IMG/VR virus record: IMGVR_UViG_3300031673_000147
Location: 1-42,308 of that record
Direction: 5' to 3' (one strand)
From: a virus
DNA length: 42,308 nucleotides
Both the position numbers and the translations under genes were made by a program. Numbering within the stretch: position 1 is the first letter of the stretch; each line of letters opens with the position of its first letter. Below the pieces are notes generated by a model, which did no database searches, was not told the origin of the DNA, and saw only the letters and a program-made list of their open reading frames with translations. Shown here one piece after another: positions 15,704 to 22,781 of the stretch.

Positions 15704-15731
15704 AACCCCCTCGCGTGAGGGGGTTCTTTTT
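15704..15731 (-). terminator. Bidirectional rho-independent terminator (ends moron 15741-16409 and possibly the plus-strand sRNA)
   Basis: AACCCCCTC-gcgt-GAGGGGGTT 9-bp stem, with A-run and T-run on the two sides. Confidence 0.8.
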
Positions 15732-15740
15732 AACAATAAA

Positions 15741-16409
15741 TTATCTACCACTTATATCTGTTATTTGATATTTAGTTGTATTATTATCAAGAATAGGGTT
15801 TGATACAAACTTACCGATATCACCTGGTTGAAGGTTTTTAATTTTAGCGTATATTTTACTCACAACAACATCATTATTATCCATCAAGTTAATCCCTACA
15901 TTAACAAAACTGTAAGTATAATTAGAATTATTTTTAACGTACCCGACAAGAAACCATCCTGCCCCAGTATTAATTACCTGTGGCATTCCTGTTAATTCTA
16001 GTCCTGAATTTGTTGTAGTGGTTTGGGTTGGTTGAGTGGTTTGGGAAGGGTTATCATATTGCCCCGGCCAATCCGGGACCCCGGTATTCAACCAATCCGG
16101 CATAACATTACCCATATTTGCTTTATACCAATCACTCCCTGGTATTGCAGGATTATATGATGTTGCTTGTGAGGTTTGAGTTGTAATGTAAATGGCATTA
16201 TTGTCTTCATCCCAGTTAATAGAAGTATTTAGTGCTTCAGCCACGGCTCGGATCGGAACCATCGTTCTCCCGTCTACAATTAACGGCTGCACATCAGACG
16301 CCACCTCCTTGCCATTCACAAACACCCTCGGCCCCGGCTCAACATTGTACGCCCAGGCCACGCCAGTAAATAGGAACACCGCCAGAACTGCTAAGATAAC
16401 TTTTTTCAA
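15741..16409 (-). CDS. Secreted protein: signal peptide + copper-amine-oxidase-N 'stalk' domain + T/Q linker + FxLYD-like beta domain (moron)
   Basis: MKKVILAVLAVFLFTGVAWA signal peptide. VNGKEV...PLIVDGRTMVPIRAVAEALNTSINWDEDNNAIYIT matches the Cu_amine_oxidN1 pattern. TTG start after GGGGGG. Confidence 0.85.
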   Translation of the reverse strand: MKKVILAVLAVFLFTGVAWAYNVEPGPRVFVNGKEVASDVQPLIVDGRTMVPIRAVAEALNTSINWDEDNNAIYITTQTSQATSYNPAIPGSDWYKANMGNVMPDWLNTGVPDWPGQYDNPSQTTQPTQTTTTNSGLELTGMPQVINTGAGWFLVGYVKNNSNYTYSFVNVGINLMDNNDVVVSKIYAKIKNLQPGDIGKFVSNPILDNNTTKYQITDISGR

Positions 16410-16443
16410 TTAAAGACCCCCCTTATAGCTTTTTATATAATAA

Positions 16444-16480
16444 TAACCCATTGGATCGGACCCGGGGGTTTTTATTTTTT
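16444..16480. terminator. Hairpin plus long T-run between the CI-like gene and the moron
   Basis: AACCC...GGGTT followed by tttttatttttttaa. The T-run is strongest on the plus strand. Confidence 0.4.
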
Positions 16481-16521
16481 TAACTTCAGGATTCTCCTTA
16501 TCCACCTTGGTAGGAAAAGAA

Positions 16522-16923
16522 TTAGCTTCCCATTGCGGCTGCCTGCTCGTTCTTTGATCTGTCTATCTGAATGAAAACTTCGGCAATAGCCTCAATTTTT
16601 TTGTAATCATTATCATTGAACTCCAGAAGTTTTTCTATGAGTTTCCGTTTCTCTTCTGGGATTTGGTTAACTGGTTTGAAATAGGCCGTTTTATTTTTTT
16701 CGTTTTGTTCGGTACTGGGAGTATAATTAAAAAAATAATTAGGCGAAACTCCAAAGAATCCTAAAAGAGATTCTATTGTTTCAAGACTTGGTTGTAATTT
16801 ACCATTTTCATATTTGGAGATATTGGACTTTTTTTGATTGATTATTTTACCCAACTCTTCCTGAGTAAGCCCTTCCCGCTCCCTTAATTCTCTCAATCTT
16901 TTACCAATCCCCACATTTACCAA
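16522..16923 (-). CDS. CI-like repressor (XRE-family HTH)
   Basis: IGKRLRELREREGLTQEELGKIINQKKSNISKYENGKLQPSLETIESL is a classic XRE HTH. The gene is divergent from a Cro-like gene. Confidence 0.85.
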   Translation of the reverse strand: MVNVGIGKRLRELREREGLTQEELGKIINQKKSNISKYENGKLQPSLETIESLLGFFGVSPNYFFNYTPSTEQNEKNKTAYFKPVNQIPEEKRKLIEKLLEFNDNDYKKIEAIAEVFIQIDRSKNEQAAAMGS

Positions 16924-17006
16924 CCCCGTTTATTTGTAATTATATATTATCCAAACTGGAAACTAAAGCATGTTTCTAATAAAGAAATTTATTTTACAAA
17001 TATCAC

Positions 17007-17035
17007 TTGACTGTTTCTTCACTGGATACTATAAT
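17007..17035 (+). promoter_or_regulatory. Early rightward promoter (PR-like)
   Basis: TTGACT-17 nt-TATAAT, consensus spacing, 41 nt upstream of the Cro-like ATG. Confidence 0.8.
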
Positions 17036-17056
17036 AAAAGTATCCACTACAGAAAC
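17013..17056. promoter_or_regulatory. 44-bp near-perfect palindromic operator covering the PR -10 element
   Basis: GTTTCTtcACTGGATACT-ataataaa-AGTATCCACTacAGAAAC, 15 of 18 positions symmetric. A related GGAAAC-N8-GTTTCT site lies at 16958-16977. Confidence 0.7.
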
Positions 17057-17076
17057 GACAGAAAGGGGGTAAAAGC

Positions 17077-17325
17077 ATGTATGAAAAACTTCGCACAATA
17101 AGAAATAATAAAAGTGTTTCAGCAAGAGAAATGGCCGAATTACTAGGTTTAAAAACGGCTGCGGCATATTACAAAAAGGAAACCGGAGCCATAAGAATTT
17201 CCATGTTTGAAGCAAAATTAATCTCTGAAAGGCTTAATATGTCGATCGAAGATATTTTTTTTGCAGATGAGGTTTCCGTCACAGAAACCAAAAACGATAT
17301 GTATCCAACCGGAACCGAGGTATAG
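17077..17325 (+). CDS. Cro-like / XRE-family HTH regulator
   Basis: LRTIRNNKSVSAREMAELLGLKTAAAYYKKETG is an HTH pattern. RBS AAAGGGGG. First gene of the rightward operon. Confidence 0.85.
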   Translation: MYEKLRTIRNNKSVSAREMAELLGLKTAAAYYKKETGAIRISMFEAKLISERLNMSIEDIFFADEVSVTETKNDMYPTGTEV

Positions 17326-17336
17326 GAGGTAAAACC

Positions 17337-17813
17337 ATGAAACTCCACGCATTCCCCAGCGACACCGACCGCGCCAGAATCCACGATCTCGTTCGACTTA
17401 ACGCTTACGGCAAACTATCCCGGGTACACATGGACGAAGTTATCACGCAGATTTTATACAATTACAAACTTAGCAAGATACACATGGACGGCTATACCGT
17501 GCGCAGGGGGGAACCGATACAGACCCCTATAGGCGAGTGGCCCGTGGTTCACATCGAGACCCAACGTGTAGCACCTAGCCCGAATTGCCCAGCGTGCGGA
17601 GGTCGGCCAGAATATCTAGACGCTGATGTGCTTATTACTGCGGCTTGTTTAAATTGCGGCATTGTTTACAAATACAAGGATGTTGAAGAAGAACCAACTG
17701 GCGAACCGGAGAAAATATCGGAAGAAATATCACAGTTAATAAAAAGATGTCTAAAATTAGTTCGGTTTACAAAGGAGGTGGAACAAGGTGCAAACCCTCA
17801 AGACGTTGGCTAG
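17337..17813 (+). CDS. Hypothetical protein with zinc ribbon (CPAC...CLNC)
   Basis: 158-aa ORF with a GGAGG RBS. Internal duplicated motif KLS[RK][VI]HMD. Confidence 0.75.
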   Translation: MKLHAFPSDTDRARIHDLVRLNAYGKLSRVHMDEVITQILYNYKLSKIHMDGYTVRRGEPIQTPIGEWPVVHIETQRVAPSPNCPACGGRPEYLDADVLITAACLNCGIVYKYKDVEEEPTGEPEKISEEISQLIKRCLKLVRFTKEVEQGANPQDVG

Positions 17814-17922
17814 ATATGCGTTAATCGGGTACATCGTCGATAAGGGGTTCAACGTCCTGGTGGCAGCGGTAGCCATCACATGCATGCTGTGGGCGTTCAA
17901 CGGGCTGTTTAAGTTATGGTAA
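17788..17922 (+). CDS. Small TM peptide
   Basis: 44-aa ORF not in the track. GTG 10 nt after GGAGGTGG. One hydrophobic helix. Confidence 0.4.
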   Translation: MQTLKTLARYALIGYIVDKGFNVLVAAVAITCMLWAFNGLFKLW

Positions 17923-17954
17923 CCGGCGAGGCCGGAGAAATAAGGGGGTTGATT

Positions 17955-18245
17955 ATGTTTAAAATCCAGGTTTTTATGCTCAAGAAGGGCGGCATAGAAG
18001 AGAAGCTGGCTGTCGATGTGGAGATTCGCGACTTTCATCATGCGGACGGAGTTGTCCGGGCACTAGTACATAGTGGATACGAAGTAATAATTTCAGAGGT
18101 GCAAGATGTTTTATCCGGAGATCCGCAAGTTCTGGACGACATAGCCCTGCTTAAGCGGTTACGGAGAGCCGTCGAGTGTGAGCAGTCTAACGGCATAGTA
18201 TCGGCATATGCAAACCAGGGGCTTAGACAACCTAACCCATTTTAA
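17955..18245 (+). CDS. Hypothetical protein
   Basis: The ORF is open from 17916. The ATG at 17955 follows AAGGGGG. Confidence 0.65.
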   Translation: MFKIQVFMLKKGGIEEKLAVDVEIRDFHHADGVVRALVHSGYEVIISEVQDVLSGDPQVLDDIALLKRLRRAVECEQSNGIVSAYANQGLRQPNPF

Positions 18246-18259
18246 GGAGGCGTGATTTC

Positions 18260-18349
18260 ATGCTCAAGCGTATAAAGCGTTGGTTAGCCGAGCGCAAACT
18301 GTCCGAACGGGATAGACAATGGAGAGCATTCTTCCGGGGGGAGTGGTAG
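18260..18349 (+). CDS. Small basic peptide (29 aa)
   Basis: ATG 10 nt after AAGGAGG. Not in the track. Confidence 0.4.
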   Translation: MLKRIKRWLAERKLSERDRQWRAFFRGEW

Positions 18350-18371
18350 TAGAAGGGAGCGTGACCGCCGA

Positions 18372-18593
18372 GTGAACTGGGATTTATGGGATTGGATCTG
18401 TAGCACTCCCCGCTATTCATGGATGGAAGCCTGGCGCATGAGGTTAGCCAGTATTGGGCCAGCGTTTAGCAGGAAGGAGCGTAAGCCGCAGCTAGTAGGC
18501 ACCTGCTTCACGAGAAAGCACCGGGCGAATCAGCGGGCGGGGCTGCCGGGGCGGGATAGATTAAGAGGAAGCGAGGTGACAGAGGGTGTGTGA
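18372..18593 (+). CDS. Hypothetical W/R-rich protein
   Basis: 73-aa ORF with a GTG start and a weak RBS. Confidence 0.45.
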   Translation: MNWDLWDWICSTPRYSWMEAWRMRLASIGPAFSRKERKPQLVGTCFTRKHRANQRAGLPGRDRLRGSEVTEGV

Positions 18594-18999
18594 GTTGAAA
18601 TTCAGGGGAAGGCGGCTTGATAATAAAGATTGGGTCCATGGCGACTTAATAACAGAAACAAACGGCAATCTAGAACTCAAAAGAACATTTATCCATTTGA
18701 GAATATCACAGGTTAATTTTACTCAAAACGCCCTATCATCAACATTGTGCCTTTATGAGGTTATCCCCGAAACAGTCGGCCAATTCACCGACCTTCTCGA
18801 CCGCAACGGGCGGGAGATATATGAGGGTGATGTGGTCGAAAGGGAAGGACAAACGGTAGTAGTTATTTTTGAAGATGGAGCGTTTTGGGTTGGTGGTACT
18901 ATTTTGCTTCATGCTAATTTCCCCGAAAAAGTCGAAGTCATCGGAAACATCCATGATAACTCCGAATTGGTGGGGGATGGCCTCGCAAAACCGACATAA
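18586..18999 (+). CDS. YopX-family protein
   Basis: KFRGRRLDNKDWVHGDL...VGQFTDLLDRNGREIYEGDVV...VIGNIHDNSEL matches the YopX pattern. The start may be the TTG at 18595. Confidence 0.8.
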   Translation: MCELKFRGRRLDNKDWVHGDLITETNGNLELKRTFIHLRISQVNFTQNALSSTLCLYEVIPETVGQFTDLLDRNGREIYEGDVVEREGQTVVVIFEDGAFWVGGTILLHANFPEKVEVIGNIHDNSELVGDGLAKPT

Positions 19000-19185
19000 C
19001 TCCACGAGGCGCGAGTGTATGGGGGTAGATATGACAGCAAAAAAGAAACCATTAAAGTGTCTTCTGAATTAAGAAAATAATTAATGCCATTTTTGAAAGA
19101 AGCTAGAAATAAAAAATAACTGCCAAAACTCAGCAGATGCAATATCTCTTATAAATAAGTTTACCACGAAAGGGCAGGGAAAGCA

Positions 19186-19422
19186 ATGTTTAAAATTGGC
19201 GACAGAGTCAAGGCTACTGCGTTAGCCCAAGTAGGTAACGCAGATCTTAAAAATGGAGATACCGGAACTATTATTAACATTGATAAATGCAGTGATGGAT
19301 TATCTATTGATGTCTTATGGGACAGAAATGTTGATGGCCATGATTTTTTTGGAAAATGCGCCATGTGGCACGGATGGTGTGTTATTGATGACGAGGTAGA
19401 AAAAATCGAAAGCGAGGAATAA
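19186..19422 (+). CDS. Hypothetical small beta protein
   Basis: 78-aa ORF; ATG after AGGGCAGGGAAAG. Confidence 0.7.
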   Translation: MFKIGDRVKATALAQVGNADLKNGDTGTIINIDKCSDGLSIDVLWDRNVDGHDFFGKCAMWHGWCVIDDEVEKIESEE

Positions 19423-19425
19423 CCC

Positions 19426-19620
19426 ATGCCCAACCACATCACCCGCCAAAAAGTAACCTGCCCGGAGTGCGGAATGCACCACTACACTTTTTCCGTTGGA
19501 TACTGCCCTCACTGCGGCGCTGACCTTGGCGGCAGGGTGGTTGTGAGTATCCAGGAGTTTTGTAATGTCATAATTAACTCGCTTACCGGCAGCATTGAGG
19601 TGCTGCCGGAGTGGGAGTAA
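19426..19620 (+). CDS. Zinc-ribbon protein (CPEC...CPHC)
   Basis: 64-aa ORF starting 3 nt after the previous stop. Confidence 0.7.
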   Translation: MPNHITRQKVTCPECGMHHYTFSVGYCPHCGADLGGRVVVSIQEFCNVIINSLTGSIEVLPEWE

Positions 19621-19781
19621 ACTTTTGCTGCTCCGTTTGCGACGACAGGTATAGCTAGGGGCAACCGATGAAGCTAGGATCATGGCGGCGGCGCGGCACA
19701 AATTTGTTACCAACCTCCCTTCCCAATACTCGCCGGAAAACCGGCACCTTTTAAAACAATCCCCATAAGGGGTGAAAGAAT

Positions 19782-19979
19782 ATGTACGGATACCCAGGAT
19801 TGCAACACCCATCCACAACCCGCCTCTCCCCGGGAGCCATCGCAGAACACAAACTCCTCCCCGGGGTGGCGCTGGCGGTAGTCAGCGGCCCGGTGCGAGG
19901 ATTGCGGGGCGATGTGTACAGGGTGCAGATGCCGGACGGCCAGGTTGTGCCGGCGCTAAGGGAAAATTTGAGAACTTAA
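19782..19979 (+). CDS. Hypothetical small protein
   Basis: ATG after AAGGGGTGAAAG. Preferred over the overlapping frame 19772-19990. Confidence 0.6.
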   Translation: MYGYPGLQHPSTTRLSPGAIAEHKLLPGVALAVVSGPVRGLRGDVYRVQMPDGQVVPALRENLRT

Positions 19980-19995
19980 CGGAGGTTTGATAAAA

Positions 19996-20220
19996 ATGAA
20001 AATAATTGAGATCACAAGCCAACACAGACGAGATTTCTACGCGATAGTAGAATGTGAAAACTGCGGGGCAAAACGGGAAATCAGTGGTTATGACGATAGG
20101 AATTACCATGACAATGTAATACCCAAAATGGCCTGTGATAAGTGCGGGAAAACCAGAAATGATATGGGTATAGAGCATCCTCCTACCAGAACAAAATACG
20201 CTGATTACGAAGTAGTTTAG
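19996..20220 (+). CDS. Zinc-ribbon protein (CENC...CDKC)
   Basis: ATG 10 nt after GGAGG. The ORF is open from 19987. Confidence 0.7.
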   Translation: MKIIEITSQHRRDFYAIVECENCGAKREISGYDDRNYHDNVIPKMACDKCGKTRNDMGIEHPPTRTKYADYEVV

Positions 20221-20224
20221 ACCG

Positions 20225-20326
20225 ATGTATGAGGAGGATATCCGTTGCGACATAGCCTATTGCCGGTTCAATGTGGATGGCCGGTGCGCGAACGGCCTGG
20301 ACATTTGCGTGATTGAGTACCGTTAA
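20225..20326 (+). CDS. Possible Cys-rich micro-protein (33 aa)
   Basis: Open frame MYEEDIRCDIAYCRFNVDGRCANGLDICVIEYR, but no convincing RBS. Confidence 0.25.
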   Translation: MYEEDIRCDIAYCRFNVDGRCANGLDICVIEYR

Positions 20327-20466
20327 TTTGGGGCGGCGGCACGGTGGGGACGCGCTGAGACCACAAGCCAGATAGATCGCGGGAGGCTAGATCCGACCCG
20401 GCTGGTGATTCTGGCAATCCGGTTCAAATCCGGGACGCCTCGTTTATAAAATTAGGAGTTGATAAT
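20327..20466 (+). other. Structured non-coding region ending in a tRNA-like T-arm plus acceptor-like strand
   Basis: TCCGG-TTCAAAT-CCGGG (20418-20434) is a canonical T-arm and T-loop. ACGCCTC follows, and its complement-like GGGGCG lies at 20330-35. No D-arm or anticodon arm can be drawn. Confidence 0.4.
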
Positions 20467-20961
20467 GTGCCAACATTAAACGAATTAGCCGAAAACTACA
20501 AAAACATCGCTGATTTAATGGATGATGACACAATCGAACCTGAAATTTTAAGTATCGCCCTTAAAACCATAGAGGGCGACATTGCCACTAAGAGCCAAAA
20601 TATTGCCGTTATCCTAAACAGTATGGATGCAGATATTAATATTATTGAGGCTGAAATACAACGCCTGAAAAATCGCAAGGATTCCATTAAAAACAAACAT
20701 GATTGGCTCAAAAATCACCTTCAATTCCACTTGGAGAATTTAAAACTAGACAAAGTTAAAACACCGTTATTTACAATCTTGCTCCAGAAGAACCCCGGCT
20801 CAGTTAAAGTTTTAGACGAAAAAGCTATACCGGCTAAGTTTTTGACGATAATCCCACAGACTACGGTTCCCGATAAGAAAGCCATCGCGACTGCGCTAAA
20901 GGCCGGGGAAAATGTTGCTGGATGCGAAATGACGCAGGGGAAATCTCTAAGAATAAGGTGA
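20467..20961 (+). CDS. Gp157-family protein (recombination accessory / host-nuclease-inhibitor-like)
   Basis: Coiled-coil N-terminus (IEAEIQRLKNRKDSIKNKHDWLKNHL) and ...VKVLDEKAIPAKFL... fit the Sipho_Gp157 pattern. It precedes the annealing protein. Confidence 0.7.
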   Translation: MPTLNELAENYKNIADLMDDDTIEPEILSIALKTIEGDIATKSQNIAVILNSMDADINIIEAEIQRLKNRKDSIKNKHDWLKNHLQFHLENLKLDKVKTPLFTILLQKNPGSVKVLDEKAIPAKFLTIIPQTTVPDKKAIATALKAGENVAGCEMTQGKSLRIR

Positions 20962-20965
20962 TTTC

Positions 20966-21691
20966 ATGAAAAACTTAGAAATATGGGAAAAAGTCAGAGC
21001 GGTACCTCCTACGGCACTTAAGGAAATACAGGCTGGACGCCTAAAGGGTAAAAGCGATATTAATCCCATGTGGAGGTTGAAGCAACTAACCGAACAATTC
21101 GGAATTTGTGGAGTTGGTTGGAAATATTCGATAACAAAACAATGGCTTGAAACTGGTGGGAAGGATGAAATAGCGGCATTTGTAAATATAGATTTATTCG
21201 TCAAGGTTGACGGTGAATGGTCTGCGGCTATCCCAGGAACCGGGGGAAGCGCATTTGTGGCGAATGAAAGAAATGGTCCCTATGTATCTGATGAATGTTT
21301 CAAGATGGCTTTGACCGATGCAATAAGCGTTTCATGTAAAGCATTGGGTTTTGGGGCAGACGTTTATTGGGATAAGGATAAGACCAAATACAATAAACCA
21401 ACACAGATACAGACACCACCAAGCCAACCAGACAAACCACAGCATCCTCCATTGCAATCACAGCCACAAAACGGAGACTTACTCTCTGACCCACAGCGCA
21501 AGAAAATCTATGCCGTGACGACAAAAATGAGCATTAAGCCGGAAGATGTAAAAAAGATGATGCGTCAGCGATATAAGGTTGACGACAGCAAGCAACTAAC
21601 GAAGAAACAGGCCAGCGATTTCATTGAATTTCTCGGGAAGTTGGAAAACGGTGCGGAAATTTGGTTTGACGATTCGGAGGTACCATTCTAA
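20966..21691 (+). CDS. Single-strand annealing protein (Sak/Rad52- or ERF-like) with P/Q linker and an SSB-like acidic C-terminal tip
   Basis: KMALTDAISVSCKALGFGADVYW resembles the Rad52/Sak core motif. Assigned partly by synteny after Gp157. The C-terminus is ...WFDDSEVPF. Confidence 0.6.
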   Translation: MKNLEIWEKVRAVPPTALKEIQAGRLKGKSDINPMWRLKQLTEQFGICGVGWKYSITKQWLETGGKDEIAAFVNIDLFVKVDGEWSAAIPGTGGSAFVANERNGPYVSDECFKMALTDAISVSCKALGFGADVYWDKDKTKYNKPTQIQTPPSQPDKPQHPPLQSQPQNGDLLSDPQRKKIYAVTTKMSIKPEDVKKMMRQRYKVDDSKQLTKKQASDFIEFLGKLENGAEIWFDDSEVPF

Positions 21692-21738
21692 CCCCAGGCG
21701 CGGCCACCCCGCGCCAATCCAAAGGAGCGTGAATATTT

Positions 21739-21897
21739 ATGCTTGACCGCATATACTGCGAGCTCCTGCGAGAGCGAGACAAGTTGCGGAAGATGATGCT
21801 TGGTACCCCGGAGACGTACCGGCAAAGCCTGGTAGTTGACCGGCTGGTGGTGGAGTATTACCGGGCGCTGGAGGAATGTGAGAGGAGGGTGTCGTGA
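21739..21897 (+). CDS. Spo0E-like aspartyl-phosphate phosphatase family protein (52 aa)
   Basis: Not in the track. ATG 9 nt after AAAGGAG. IYCELLRERDKLRKMM..PETYRQSLVVDRLVVEYYRA aligns by eye with the Spo0E pattern, where SQELD..I.EY corresponds to S-x3-D..V.EY here. Confidence 0.45.
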   Translation: MLDRIYCELLRERDKLRKMMLGTPETYRQSLVVDRLVVEYYRALEECERRVS

Positions 21898-22235
21898 TGA
21901 GCGAGAAACGCGATTTAACTCAAGACCTAGAATGGATTCAACGGTTGACATCTGATACACATAAGTTGGCAAAACATGCAATACGCCGGGCAATGGCTGC
22001 CGAGGCTGAAAACAACCGCCTCCGCGAAGAACTCGCCGCCGCGAATGGGCGGGAGTATGCCGAGAGGGTTAAGCGCATGGAAGAGGCATTAAGGCTTATC
22101 TCTTATCAGCCTTGTGATAATTCTAAAAACAAAGAGATGTTTGGCTCATGCCTCCCAAGTTTCGACTGTTTAACGGAATACTGTTTGCCATGTATCGCCA
22201 AAGCCGCCCTGGAGGTACCCGAAGATGGCAGTTAA
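21897..22235 (+). CDS. Hypothetical coiled-coil / Cys-rich protein
   Basis: ATG overlaps the previous stop (TGATG). The ORF is open from 21894. Confidence 0.7.
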   Translation: MSEKRDLTQDLEWIQRLTSDTHKLAKHAIRRAMAAEAENNRLREELAAANGREYAERVKRMEEALRLISYQPCDNSKNKEMFGSCLPSFDCLTEYCLPCIAKAALEVPEDGS

Positions 22236-22587
22236 ACGGATTTGCCCCGGATGCGGGGAGGAGCGCTGGTCGGAGGATGCGGAGGGGATCTGGCGCTGTG
22301 TAGAGTGCGGAGCTGAGATCCCGCCAGCAGTTGAAAAACTAATATCAATCAATATATTAGCTAACAAGTGCGGCTTTTTCGAGTGTGGCAAACTAAATAA
22401 TGGATACGGGTGTACTAACCCCGAAAACACCGAGGCTCCAGGATGTTGCCATACTTTTGCTTGTCCTGTGGCATATGAGGCAGGGTATGACGACATGCTC
22501 AGGCTGGATCCAGACCTTGCGGAAGAGTACCGGGATGAGCATGAACGAAACGGGTTTATTGAAAGCGATTGGATGGTGCAGCCATGA
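22225..22587 (+). CDS. Cys-rich zinc-ribbon protein (CPGC...CVEC)
   Basis: 120-aa ORF. Confidence 0.7.
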   Translation: MAVKRICPGCGEERWSEDAEGIWRCVECGAEIPPAVEKLISINILANKCGFFECGKLNNGYGCTNPENTEAPGCCHTFACPVAYEAGYDDMLRLDPDLAEEYRDEHERNGFIESDWMVQP

Positions 22588-22781
22588 CCGCCCCAACCTG
22601 CCGGTGCCTCCACCGCCGCGAATCTTGCCCCGGTAGCTGTCCGGTATCGCGGGTGACGGAGTTACATCGGCGGTGGTGCGGGGAGTGCGGATTAAGCGGG
22701 AAGATGCTACCAAAGAAGGCGAGGATCAAAGTCAATGATAATGACTCAAATAGAAAACATGAAACATTGCATAGGCTTTAG
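22584..22781 (+). CDS. Small Cys-rich protein
   Basis: ATGA overlap with the previous gene. The ORF is open from 22569. Confidence 0.5.
   Translation: MTAPTCRCLHRRESCPGSCPVSRVTELHRRWCGECGLSGKMLPKKARIKVNDNDSNRKHETLHRL

Noticed and set aside
20381-20442. A tRNA gene suggested by the GGTTCAAATCC T-loop.
   Set aside because: With GAGGC/GCCTC as acceptor stem only about 28 nt remain for the D and anticodon arms. With GGGGCG as acceptor stem the molecule is 113 nt, with no drawable D or anticodon stems. Kept only as a tRNA-like fragment.
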